Shown piece by piece: positions 1-9,331 of a stretch of 57,271 nt of DNA. The notes under the pieces were generated by a model. The model did not search any database and was not told where the DNA came from. It saw only the letters and a list, made by a program, of their open reading frames with translations. The position numbers and the translations under genes were made by a program. Source of the stretch: Actinomycetota bacterium (GTDB lineage: Bacteria; Actinomycetota; Acidimicrobiia; IMCC26256; JAGPDB01); the NCBI GenBank assembly GCA_963169585.1, contig CAUJDU010000036.1, forward strand, positions 1-57,271, read 5' to 3'. How positions within the stretch are numbered: position 1 is the first letter of the stretch; every line of letters begins with the position of its first letter.

Positions 1-43
1 GAAATCTACCGTGTCGTTGAAGGCGATGTTATTCATGCCCGAA

Positions 44-1864
44 TCAATTCGTAATACTTTTGAATTGTGACTCAAAAGAATTTTTGGCTAGTTCAAATAG
101 TTGAAATTGTTTAGTGTCAAACTTTTTTTGTTTTTCAAGCAAGATGCTAGAAACTTCTTGTACCTGCTGTGGGCCTCTGACCGAATTTATAGTTATTATT
201 TCGTCGGCTTCTAGTATTTTTGAAAGAGTAAGTTTGGTTTCAATTATTTCTATATCATTGCACTTTAAATAATTAATAAATGTTGAACGCCCAACTCCCG
301 ATAGCATTGGATTATCTAATGCAGGAGTGACTAACTGTCCATCTATCTTTACAAAGATATTTGCTCTAGTTGTCTCACTAACATGTCCATTAACAATTAT
401 TAAGGCATCATCAATAGTACTGGTTGTTAGTGAATGCGCTAAGCCGAGTGCGTAGTCGTAATGATCTCTATTTAAAGATTTTATTATTTCTGTTTCAAAA
501 AAGTCGGGTAGGAATCCGATACCTAAATTTATGAACTTCTTTGTTTCTGGGATATCCAAATGTTCTACTTGCAAATTTGAATCAAGATCGATTGAAATTT
601 TTATATACTGATTTTGTGTATTGGATTTTTTATTTAAACTATGTGAGATTAAGTTGTTTAGTTCGTCGAGTTCAAGATGTAGGCCCTCTAATTGTGAATG
701 TAAAAGTAGTCTATTTATGTGGGAGTTAAGCGCAAATATTTCCTTTTGCTGATTTAGTGCAGTTGAAGTAAATACACCATTGGATTCAGGCTTTAAACAA
801 GTTTCAACCAGTGCTTTAAGTCGAGAAGCTTTTAGATCAGTTTCGGCGAATTCGGCTTGTGGCTTAGAGCTTAATATTATGCCAGCACCAACCCCAATTT
901 TTGTTTGTGAATCATCTGAAATGATACAGCGAATAGAAACTGCCAAGTCACAACTTTGATTGCGCGTGTCTACCCATCCATAAACTCCACAATATTGGTT
1001 TCTTTCGACTGGCTCGTATTGTTCAATGCATCGTAAAACTCTTGGTTTAGGAGTACCAGTAACCGATGCTACGGGAAGCACAAGTTCAATTGCTTGGCGG
1101 ATATCGTCGACATTTAAAGTGCCAGAAATCTTGTTTGACATCTGTGCTAGTCCAGGATGACTGGAGATTACATTTCTTTCAATTAGTGAAATTGAACTCG
1201 GTTCGCAAATCTTTGATAGGTCTGACCTTAAAAGATCAATCATCATTGTATTTTCGTTAAATTCTTTCTCGTTTTCTAATAAATCTTGTGGATTAGATGA
1301 TGTACCTTTCATGGGTTCACAAGTCACTTGATTATCTTCTATATGCATAAACCGTTCAGGAGACAACCCAAGGAAACTTGACATTTTTTCTTTGTTGAAG
1401 AAACGAAAAGGTGAGTCGTGATATAAGCAGCTCATTATAGCTACGTAGAAAGAGTCGATTTTGGAATTTATAGAAATAGTTCTAGTTAGGTTGGCGAGAA
1501 AATATTCCCCAGTTGCCATTTCTTTTTGAATTTGTTTGACTGCATCTACATAATCTAATTTTGAAAATTCACTTTCCCAGGTGGCTAAATTGTTTTGATG
1601 CTTTGGCATTTGGTCTTGAAGGTCGATATTGTCTGTTTTGCCATCAGGTATTACCCTAATGGCATCCCATGATTTCCACTGTCCAGTTTTACCGTCATAA
1701 TTTTGCCAACCGGTCACAAAGGTATTCTTAGGCACCTGCGATATTTTTGAATAAGACGCTTTAGGTGATGAGCAAAATAGTAGTTGATCATCTTTTCTTA
1801 AAATGCAGTACTCTTGTGCGCCTCCTGTGAAAAGACTGAGCGCTCTAAGGAAATGGATATCCAC
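44..1864 (-). CDS. pabB: Aminodeoxychorismate synthase component I (chorismate-binding domain) fused to a fold-type IV aminotransferase / aminodeoxychorismate lyase-like domain (PabB-PabC fusion)
   Basis: 606-aa ORF. The first ~360 aa carry chorismate-utilising enzyme signatures (SVTGTPKPRV, YCGVYGW, GAGIILSS). The last ~200 aa (ALIIVNGHVSETTRANIF, LSGVGR) resemble class IV PLP enzymes. Confidence 0.75.
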   Translation of the reverse strand: MDIHFLRALSLFTGGAQEYCILRKDDQLLFCSSPKASYSKISQVPKNTFVTGWQNYDGKTGQWKSWDAIRVIPDGKTDNIDLQDQMPKHQNNLATWESEFSKLDYVDAVKQIQKEMATGEYFLANLTRTISINSKIDSFYVAIMSCLYHDSPFRFFNKEKMSSFLGLSPERFMHIEDNQVTCEPMKGTSSNPQDLLENEKEFNENTMMIDLLRSDLSKICEPSSISLIERNVISSHPGLAQMSNKISGTLNVDDIRQAIELVLPVASVTGTPKPRVLRCIEQYEPVERNQYCGVYGWVDTRNQSCDLAVSIRCIISDDSQTKIGVGAGIILSSKPQAEFAETDLKASRLKALVETCLKPESNGVFTSTALNQQKEIFALNSHINRLLLHSQLEGLHLELDELNNLISHSLNKKSNTQNQYIKISIDLDSNLQVEHLDIPETKKFINLGIGFLPDFFETEIIKSLNRDHYDYALGLAHSLTTSTIDDALIIVNGHVSETTRANIFVKIDGQLVTPALDNPMLSGVGRSTFINYLKCNDIEIIETKLTLSKILEADEIITINSVRGPQQVQEVSSILLEKQKKFDTKQFQLFELAKNSFESQFKSITN

Positions 1865-1921
1865 AGGTATAGGTTACATTGTATTCTGTGTTTTCAGCCA
1901 AGAACTAATAGAATATTATTT

Positions 1922-3358
1922 GTGGATACACTTGTATTGTTTGCAAAGACCTTCTTCTCCAGAATGTTGATTGCCGTTGTTGTTATAACTTTGCTTTCTG
2001 GATTTGGTATAGGCGCTGTAAATCGAATGATCGATTCAAGAATCACAAACTTAAACAGAACTAATGTCAATGTTGCTAAAGATACCGGGGCTACAGAACC
2101 TGCTAACTTTCTTTTGATCGGTTCTGATACCCGTTCTTTTGTTGCTAATGAAAAGGATAAACAATCTTTTACTGATGATCAAGGCGAGAGTGGTCAACGA
2201 TCTGACACAATGATGATTATTCGGGTTGATCCGAAGGCAAAACGTACCTTAGTAATGGCTATCCCTAGAGATTTACGGGTTGAAATACCTGGAGTTGGTA
2301 CGCAGAAAATTAATGCAAGTTTCAATAAGGATTTGGGTGGAGGACCAGATAAAGTCATAGAAACAATCAAATATAATTTTGATATCGAAATCCAACATTA
2401 TGTTGAACTTGATTTTGATACATTCCGTAATGTCGTAGGTGCTCTTGGTACGGTCAATGTTTATTTTCCAGCACCAGCACGAGACCTCAAATCGGGGTTA
2501 GATACCAACATGCAAAAAGGTTGCATCGCACTCGATGGAGAGTCTGCATTGGCATATGTCCGTTCTCGTTATTATCAACAATACATTGATGGCAAATGGC
2601 AATCTGACCCAACTGGTAATTATGGGAGAATAGCAAGACAACAGGAATTCATGAAACGAGTTGCTGGTGTTGCGGTAAAAAAATCTCTAACAGATCCACT
2701 AAAAGGTAGAGATGTTTCTGATTCAATCATTAAAAACCTTCAAGTCGATCAGGAATTATCTAAAGGGGATATATATAAGCTGATGAACGCTTTTAATGGT
2801 GTTGACCCAAATGATCCAAGGCATGTTTCATTTTTGACACTCCCGGTGCAGCCAAAAACTATTAATGGAATTTCGTATGACATACTTCAAGTTGATGAAG
2901 CTGAACCTCTATTAGCTGAATTCCGAAATTTGCAGTCTGGTAGCACGAATGAAGATTCCACCGAACTGCCACGTGCAAGTACTGTAAAAGTCCAAGTACT
3001 AAATTCGACAGGTACGAAAGGTCTTGCGGCGAGTGTAATGCAATCACTCCAAGATTTAGATTTTGCTACTGCAGGAACTGGAAATGCTACCTATAGGCAA
3101 ACTACGGAAATCCGTTTTTCGTCGAACAATAGGAATAAGGCACTTGCGGTAGCGCAATATATAAACGGGCAGCTTGTCTTAGATGATTCAATTACTGGGG
3201 CAGATGTGACTGTAATTATTGGTAGTGATTTTGATGGGGTTAGCCAAAAGCCTATTACGACTACGAGCATTGCGCAGTCGAATGCCCCAACTACTACGGT
3301 CTCAAAGACCCAAGCTAATAAGTCTGGCATAGACGATAGTGTTAACTGTCCTGCTTGA
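1922..3358 (+). CDS. LytR-CpsA-Psr (LCP) family cell-wall glycopolymer ligase with C-terminal LytR_C-like domain
   Basis: N-terminal TM helix, then FLLIGSDTR...SDTMMIIRVDP...SIPRDL-like LCP core. The ORF is open from 1814; GTG 1922 or ATG 1964 are more plausible starts. Confidence 0.8.
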   Translation: MDTLVLFAKTFFSRMLIAVVVITLLSGFGIGAVNRMIDSRITNLNRTNVNVAKDTGATEPANFLLIGSDTRSFVANEKDKQSFTDDQGESGQRSDTMMIIRVDPKAKRTLVMAIPRDLRVEIPGVGTQKINASFNKDLGGGPDKVIETIKYNFDIEIQHYVELDFDTFRNVVGALGTVNVYFPAPARDLKSGLDTNMQKGCIALDGESALAYVRSRYYQQYIDGKWQSDPTGNYGRIARQQEFMKRVAGVAVKKSLTDPLKGRDVSDSIIKNLQVDQELSKGDIYKLMNAFNGVDPNDPRHVSFLTLPVQPKTINGISYDILQVDEAEPLLAEFRNLQSGSTNEDSTELPRASTVKVQVLNSTGTKGLAASVMQSLQDLDFATAGTGNATYRQTTEIRFSSNNRNKALAVAQYINGQLVLDDSITGADVTVIIGSDFDGVSQKPITTTSIAQSNAPTTTVSKTQANKSGIDDSVNCPA

Positions 3359-3443
3359 TTAGTGAGATTCGCCTAGAGTTATGGGAGCTGTTTTAGTGGG
3401 GTAATCATTGGATTAACACCTATCGTACATAAAAAAGGAAAAA

Positions 3444-4289
3444 ATGAAGATCTTGATTGTTGGAGCAAATGGGCAAGTTGGAAGTGCAGCAAATCAGGTG
3501 TTGTCTGAAAACAAGCACAACGAAATTTTTGCATTGACACATAAAGATTTAGATATTTCTAACCGTAATGATGTCTTTAACTTATTGACTACAATTGCCC
3601 CTGATGTGGTGTTGAATGCAGCCGCTATGACTAATGTTGATCTTTGCGAATCGCAAGTCGATGAGGCGTTTTCAATTAATGCGTTTGGTGTACGTAATCT
3701 TGCTCAGTGCTGCGAACATCTTGATGCGCACTTAATCCATTTATCTACAGATTTTGTTTTTGATGGAAAAATAACGAGGAAATATAGCGAATATGACAAA
3801 ACTAATCCGCTCAGTGTTTATGCATTAAGCAAACTTGGTGGCGACCAAGAGGCACTTGCATATTCTAAATCTACTGTACTCCGAGTTGCTTGGGTTTTTG
3901 GGAACGAGAAGGGAGATTTCTTTTCTTGGGTGTTAGATGGCTTGAATTCTGGTTCATTAGATTCGTTGATAGACAATCAAATTAGTACTCCAACTTATAA
4001 CTTTGATATTGCTGAAGTGTTATCTAGATGTATAACCAGTCGTCTTTTTGGATTAATTAATGTTGCTAATGAAGGTGAAACAACTCGGCTAGAAATGGGC
4101 CAGATCCTTGCTGAAAAACTAGGAATAAAAGAGAGCCTCAAAGGTATAACTTCTGAATCTTTAGCAAGGCCAGCACAAAGGCCGAATTACAGCTCTCTTT
4201 CGACGGGATTATTGACGGAGCTTACAGGAATACAAATGAGATCTTGGCAAGATGCTTTAGATGATCATATAAAAAGGATTGCTAAATAA
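3444..4289 (+). CDS. rmlD: dTDP-4-dehydrorhamnose reductase
   Basis: MKILIVGANGQVG Rossmann start, YALSK catalytic YxxxK, ~280 aa. Sits in the LCP-rmlD-wbbL-manB context. Confidence 0.85.
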   Translation: MKILIVGANGQVGSAANQVLSENKHNEIFALTHKDLDISNRNDVFNLLTTIAPDVVLNAAAMTNVDLCESQVDEAFSINAFGVRNLAQCCEHLDAHLIHLSTDFVFDGKITRKYSEYDKTNPLSVYALSKLGGDQEALAYSKSTVLRVAWVFGNEKGDFFSWVLDGLNSGSLDSLIDNQISTPTYNFDIAEVLSRCITSRLFGLINVANEGETTRLEMGQILAEKLGIKESLKGITSESLARPAQRPNYSSLSTGLLTELTGIQMRSWQDALDDHIKRIAK

Positions 4290-4291
4290 CA

Positions 4292-5170
4292 GTGGTAAAA
4301 AACGATAAGCCCAAAACTACCTTGGAATACTCAGTTGTATTGGTTGAATATTTTTCTTCCGATCATATCGTACGGTGTTTAGAGTCCATTTATCTACAAA
4401 CCAAGCTGCCGGAAAAGATTGTTGTTGTAGTGAACGGAATAGAAGACTCCTTTAGAAAAAAAATTTCTAACAATTTTAAAGATGTTGTTCTTATCGATCC
4501 TGGAAATAATTTAGGTTATTCCAAAGCAGCGAATTTGGGGATAGCAAATACGGATTCGCCAATAGTTCTGACATTAAATCCAGACACAGAATTGAAAAGT
4601 GATGCTGCAGAACTGAGCTGCTTATATTTAGCTGAGCATGATCTTGTTGGTGCTTTAGGGCCACAAATTTTAGATTGTGATTTCAACATTTATCCATCTG
4701 CTAGAACTGAACCATCTCTTTTAGACTCTGTAGGCCATGGGTTGTTAGGGGCATTTTTTCCCAATAATAGATATACGCGCAGGTATAAAAATCTAGATAC
4801 AGATGAAAACCAAACAAGGCGAACAGATTGGTTGAGTGGTGCAGCTTTATTTCTTCGTCGACAAGCATTAGACGAAATAGGCGGATGGGATGAAGACTAT
4901 TTTATGTACTGCGAAGATATTGATTTGGGAAATAAACTTAGAAACAATAGATGGGAAAATATATATTTTCCTAAAGCACAGATCACCCATATTCAAGGTG
5001 TATCAACTTCGAGAACTCCTGTTAAACTTCTTGTTGAACACCATAAAAGCTTGTATATATATTCGAATAAGAAGTACAACAATAATTTAATGATGAAGAT
5101 ATTTGTTGCAGTATTTATCTCGATAAGATTTCCTTTGGCTCTAATTGCTCATAAACTTCGATTAAACTAG
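4292..5170 (+). CDS. GT2 family rhamnosyltransferase (WbbL-like)
   Basis: GT-A N-terminus (YSVVLVEY...), DxD-type WDEDYFMYCEDIDL motif. Lies directly downstream of rmlD, as wbbL1 does in mycobacteria. Confidence 0.7.
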   Translation: MVKNDKPKTTLEYSVVLVEYFSSDHIVRCLESIYLQTKLPEKIVVVVNGIEDSFRKKISNNFKDVVLIDPGNNLGYSKAANLGIANTDSPIVLTLNPDTELKSDAAELSCLYLAEHDLVGALGPQILDCDFNIYPSARTEPSLLDSVGHGLLGAFFPNNRYTRRYKNLDTDENQTRRTDWLSGAALFLRRQALDEIGGWDEDYFMYCEDIDLGNKLRNNRWENIYFPKAQITHIQGVSTSRTPVKLLVEHHKSLYIYSNKKYNNNLMMKIFVAVFISIRFPLALIAHKLRLN

Positions 5171-5175
5171 GTGTT

Positions 5176-6258
5176 ATGAAAGCAGTAATTCTCGTTGGTG
5201 GACAAGGCACCAGAATGAGACCATTAACTCTCAAAACACCAAAACCCTTGCTGCCTATTGCAAATGTCGCATTTATCGTAAGACAAATTCAATGGTTAGC
5301 AAAATATGGGGTTGATGAAGTCACGTTATCTCTTGGTTATCTGCCTGATGAGTTTGAAACTTATTTTAAGTCGAATCCAATACCTGGAGTAAATATCGAT
5401 TATGCGATAGAAAAAGAGGCGCTTGGAACAGCAGGGGCAATTAAATTTGCACTTGGATCGACAGATGAGGACATATTGGTTTGCAATGGAGATGTTTTTA
5501 CTGATTTAGATATCGGATATCTTCTTGACTTTCATCATTCAAGAGACTCGATAGCGACCATCGCTTTAACATACGTTGAAGATCCTTCAGCGTTTGGGGT
5601 AGTGCCAACTCATGAAGATGGGAAAGTAATTGCTTTCGTTGAGAAACCTCCCCTTGAAACTGCACCTAGCCACTGGATCAATGCGGGGATTTATGTTTTG
5701 ACCCCTGAATTTATTGATCTTATCCCTGCTGGTGTTAACTCTTCAATCGAAAGAGAAATCTTTCCTAGAGCTTTAGAAGCTAGTTCTATGTATGCTTTAG
5801 AATCTGACAGCTACTGGCTAGACATTGGTACACCTATCCAATACTTGCGGGCGCATAGTGATTTTCTCGATAAGGTAAATGGCTACCTAGACACTGAAAA
5901 CCTTAAAGAGGTCATTCCTGGTCTATATTCTAACGGCAATGTCCAAATTGGAAATTCAGTGATCGTAAAATCTGCCTCAATAGTTGGAGCTGGTTCAATT
6001 ATTGGTGATGGGTGTGTATTAGAGGCGTGTTCTTTAGGCGAACGTTGTATTGTAGAAGACAATGTCGAAATCATAAATTCAGTCGTGTTTTCAGGTACAA
6101 AATTGGGCCATAGCTCGAGAATAGAATCGAGTATCATAGGCAATTCCTGTGATCTGGGGAACAATGTTACCCTTTGCGAGTTGTCGCTGGTTGGAGATCA
6201 TAAAAAAATTGATCCTCAAACATCGTTAAAGGGCGAACGTTTAAGTTCAGTCGTATAG
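5176..6258 (+). CDS. Mannose-1-phosphate guanylyltransferase / NDP-sugar pyrophosphorylase with C-terminal left-handed beta-helix
   Basis: MKAVILVGGQGTRMRPLT...KPLLPI signature; hexapeptide-repeat C-terminus. Confidence 0.8.
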   Translation: MKAVILVGGQGTRMRPLTLKTPKPLLPIANVAFIVRQIQWLAKYGVDEVTLSLGYLPDEFETYFKSNPIPGVNIDYAIEKEALGTAGAIKFALGSTDEDILVCNGDVFTDLDIGYLLDFHHSRDSIATIALTYVEDPSAFGVVPTHEDGKVIAFVEKPPLETAPSHWINAGIYVLTPEFIDLIPAGVNSSIEREIFPRALEASSMYALESDSYWLDIGTPIQYLRAHSDFLDKVNGYLDTENLKEVIPGLYSNGNVQIGNSVIVKSASIVGAGSIIGDGCVLEACSLGERCIVEDNVEIINSVVFSGTKLGHSSRIESSIIGNSCDLGNNVTLCELSLVGDHKKIDPQTSLKGERLSSVV

Positions 6259-6270
6259 AATATTTTCCTT

Positions 6271-7212
6271 ATGCGTATTTTGGTTACTGGTGGAGCTGGG
6301 TTTATTGGATCTCATTTAGTAGATCGTTTGTTGGCCGAAGGTCATGATGTTGACGTTATTGATGATTTATCAACCGGTTCATTATCGAATCTTTCAGGAG
6401 CAAGACAGAATTCCAACAGAAAGTTTTCATTTCATCGTATGGATATTCGTTCTTCTGGTGTGATTGATGCGATAGCAAAAATAAAGCCCAATGTAGTAAT
6501 GCATTTGGCAGCTCAAACTGATGTGTCAAGTAGCATGGGAAAACCTGCTTTTGATGCCGAAACAAATGTGATTGGGTCTATAAATGTTTTGGAAGGGTGT
6601 GTTAAGGCCGGGGTAGAGAAGATAATTTTTGCATGTACCGCCGGGGTATATGGAGATCCTCAAAACCTTCCATTACGTGAAGGACATCCGATGGAACCAA
6701 TGTCCCCGTATGCAGTTTCTAAGCGTGCAGTGTTGGATTATCTTCAAACATATAGGAGCAGTCACGGTCTTGAATATGTTGCATTAATACTCGCTAATGT
6801 TTACGGACCAAGACAAAATGCCCAACAAGAAGGTGGGGCAGTTTCAATTTTTGCAACCAAAATGATGAGAAGAGAGCGCCCCATGATATATGGGGATGGT
6901 ACTCAAACACGTGATTTTATTTATGTTGATGATGTGGTAGATGCTTTTGTGCGAAGTATCGATCGAGGTTCTGGATTAGCAATGAATATATCTACAGGAG
7001 TTTCGACTTCCGTACAAAAACTGTTTGATACCATTGCTGCTAGGACTTCTTATAAAGACCCTGCTCGATACGGTGAGCGAAGAGCTGGCGAAATTCAAGA
7101 CTCTTTACTCGACTATAAGCGTGCCGAACTTCATTTAGGTTACACTCCATTTACATCTTTGGAAGATGGAATCGGGCGAACAATCGAATGGTATCGTGCT
7201 CAAAATAGGTGA
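6271..7212 (+). CDS. NAD-dependent epimerase/dehydratase (GalE-like UDP-hexose 4-epimerase)
   Basis: GGAGFIGSHL dinucleotide motif, YAVSK catalytic motif, 313 aa. Confidence 0.75.
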   Translation: MRILVTGGAGFIGSHLVDRLLAEGHDVDVIDDLSTGSLSNLSGARQNSNRKFSFHRMDIRSSGVIDAIAKIKPNVVMHLAAQTDVSSSMGKPAFDAETNVIGSINVLEGCVKAGVEKIIFACTAGVYGDPQNLPLREGHPMEPMSPYAVSKRAVLDYLQTYRSSHGLEYVALILANVYGPRQNAQQEGGAVSIFATKMMRRERPMIYGDGTQTRDFIYVDDVVDAFVRSIDRGSGLAMNISTGVSTSVQKLFDTIAARTSYKDPARYGERRAGEIQDSLLDYKRAELHLGYTPFTSLEDGIGRTIEWYRAQNR

Positions 7213-7222
7213 ATCGAAAGAA

Positions 7223-7918
7223 TTAGCGAAATAAGTCTTCGTTTGCTTGACGAATAATTTCGCGCCCTTTTCCGTTACCTCTATAGCTCTGGGGTAGTCC
7301 TCGTATTAGTGCTAAACAAATACCGTCTGCTTTGTGCATAACAAGTTCTGCTGCTCCTGCTATTTCGTCAGCTATAGCTATTAATGTTGATTTTAATTCT
7401 CTGCCGTAAAAATCTTGTTTACCTTTTAAGTCTGCAAAAGGTTTTAGGCCTGCAATACCTAGCGCAACATTAGTTTCTCCTTTTCTAAAAGGCCTACCGA
7501 AGGTGTCAGATATTATGACGCTGACATCGATCTTGTGTTCAGCTAATAATGCTTGGCGTAAAGCATTAGCGGCGCTATCAATATCTTTTGGTAGCAAAAC
7601 TAAAGTATTATCATCTACATTGGACTCATCAATAGCTGCGTTTGCACAAATAAAGCCATGGTGGGTTTGGCTAATAATTAGATTGCCTCTTCGTCTTAAA
7701 ATTCTTGAGGATTCTTGTTCTATTATCTTTTGTTTTTCCTCGATCGAAGAATAATGTTGAATTCTTCCTCTTGCTTTAGAGACTACTTTTGAGGCTACGA
7801 CAATACAATCTGAACCATCAAATGGTTGATAGCTTTGTAGGCGTTCAGCGAATATTTTTGCTAAATCATCTCCTGCAACAATCTTCTTGATGTTAGTAAT
7901 GGGAATAATCGAAATCAT
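7223..7918 (-). CDS. cofE: Coenzyme F420-0:L-glutamate ligase, single-domain CofE
   Basis: 231-aa CofE-like sequence. Overlaps cofD by 4 nt (operon). Confidence 0.8.
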   Translation of the reverse strand: MISIIPITNIKKIVAGDDLAKIFAERLQSYQPFDGSDCIVVASKVVSKARGRIQHYSSIEEKQKIIEQESSRILRRRGNLIISQTHHGFICANAAIDESNVDDNTLVLLPKDIDSAANALRQALLAEHKIDVSVIISDTFGRPFRKGETNVALGIAGLKPFADLKGKQDFYGRELKSTLIAIADEIAGAAELVMHKADGICLALIRGLPQSYRGNGKGREIIRQANEDLFR

Positions 7919-8859
7919 CGCAGGACCTCGATGTCTGTAACGAATGAAGCCAAGTTGAGCCGCCTATTTTCACTATCCATTAATGTTGGGCATATCCTAG
8001 TTTTTATTCCAAGTGCATTTATTTTATCTTCAAGCTCAGAATCGGATTCATCGATAACGATATTACATATGAAATCTTTATATAGTCTCGCTATTCCTAT
8101 TGAATTAATCTCGTAGCCAAGTGTTTTCATGTTATAGGCCAATGGTCCTTTAATCGCAGAATTCCCGATCAAAGGTGAAATTGCCGTTGTAATATGTCTT
8201 TTTGTTTTGAGTAGATCTGTAATTTCATTAATCGACAAGATTGGAAAGATGGAAAGAAAGGGATTGGATGGTGCGATGATAATTCTGTCTGCATTTTTGA
8301 TTGATTTTATTGCGGTTTTGTTTGCGGTTAAATGCTCGCCTTCGTAGCTGACATGTGCAATGTTTGGTTGGCTTTGTTCTCGAACAAAGTATTCCTGCAT
8401 TTTTAGCTTTTGATTATCATCGGTTGTTATTACTGTTGTAACTCGTTCATTGGACATTGGAATGATATTTACATTATCTATTTTTAGTTTCTTAGAAAGG
8501 GTAGTGGTTACCTCATCTAAGGTGCTTCCTCTAGAGAGCAAATCTGTTCGTACTTGGTTTAAAGCAAGGTCTTTATCTCCTAAATTGAACCATGCATCTT
8601 GCCCCAACTGCCTAAGTGTTTCAACGAAATGAAAAGTATCATTTTTTCTACCCCAACCACGCTGTTCATCATGTAGTTGGGATAAATGATAGAGGATTGT
8701 ATCTATGTCTGGACATACATATTGTCCATAGAATATATCGTCATCTCCTGTATTTACAATCGCTGAGATGTTAATTTCAGGATGTAGAACTTTTAAAGAT
8801 TGTAAACCTAAAAGGAAACGGGCAGCTCCGACGCCGCCACAAAGAACGACGATATTCAT
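7915..8859 (-). CDS. cofD: 2-phospho-L-lactate (or EPPG) transferase, F420 biosynthesis (CofD/FbiA)
   Basis: MNIVVLCGGVGAARFLLGL N-terminus and overall CofD-like length (314 aa). Confidence 0.85.
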   Translation of the reverse strand: MNIVVLCGGVGAARFLLGLQSLKVLHPEINISAIVNTGDDDIFYGQYVCPDIDTILYHLSQLHDEQRGWGRKNDTFHFVETLRQLGQDAWFNLGDKDLALNQVRTDLLSRGSTLDEVTTTLSKKLKIDNVNIIPMSNERVTTVITTDDNQKLKMQEYFVREQSQPNIAHVSYEGEHLTANKTAIKSIKNADRIIIAPSNPFLSIFPILSINEITDLLKTKRHITTAISPLIGNSAIKGPLAYNMKTLGYEINSIGIARLYKDFICNIVIDESDSELEDKINALGIKTRICPTLMDSENRRLNLASFVTDIEVLR

Positions 8860-8873
8860 ATGATTTTTATCGA

Positions 8874-9266
8874 CTAGGAAACTCGACGTTTAGCTTCGTC
8901 AGCTATTTTTTTTGTAGAACTAATCGCTGCATTAGAAGTTAATTTGACTTGGCTAATAACAGAAGAGGTAACTGGACCTAAGTTTGTTGACATTTTTTCT
9001 GCCACCGAACTAGCAGCAGGAACCACATGTGTAGAGACTGATTCATAAATGTTTTCTGCGACTGGTGTAATTCTTGTTTTTATTGGGGTCATTGACTCAG
9101 TCACTCGAACGGTAGCATTTTTAAATGCAGGCTCAAAGCGAGATGAAACACCTTCGAACTTTGCTTTAACTTGGTCTTTCTTTTTAGAAAGATGTTGAAC
9201 TCCTAATGCAGCTGCCCCAATCGCAACATAGGCGCCGTCTCGAATATTTGTTTTGATATCTGTCAT
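8874..9266 (-). CDS. Hypothetical low-complexity Ser/Thr/Val/Ala-rich protein
   Basis: 130-aa ORF downstream of cofD on the same strand. I recognise no motif. Confidence 0.45.
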   Translation of the reverse strand: MTDIKTNIRDGAYVAIGAAALGVQHLSKKKDQVKAKFEGVSSRFEPAFKNATVRVTESMTPIKTRITPVAENIYESVSTHVVPAASSVAEKMSTNLGPVTSSVISQVKLTSNAAISSTKKIADEAKRRVS

Positions 9267-9271
9267 GGTTG

Positions 9272-9322
9272 CATTCTACTCGGAGCTGCTTGCTGAAGCA
9301 AGCAGGGCGTTTGGTGTAGAAT
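9272..9322. promoter_or_regulatory. Nested palindrome in a 65-bp divergent promoter region
   Basis: cattctac (9272-9279) pairs with gtagaatg (9315-9322). Inside it, ctgcttgc-tgaa-gcaagcag (9286-9305) forms a second stem. Confidence 0.3.
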
Positions 9323-9331
9323 GTTCACCTT

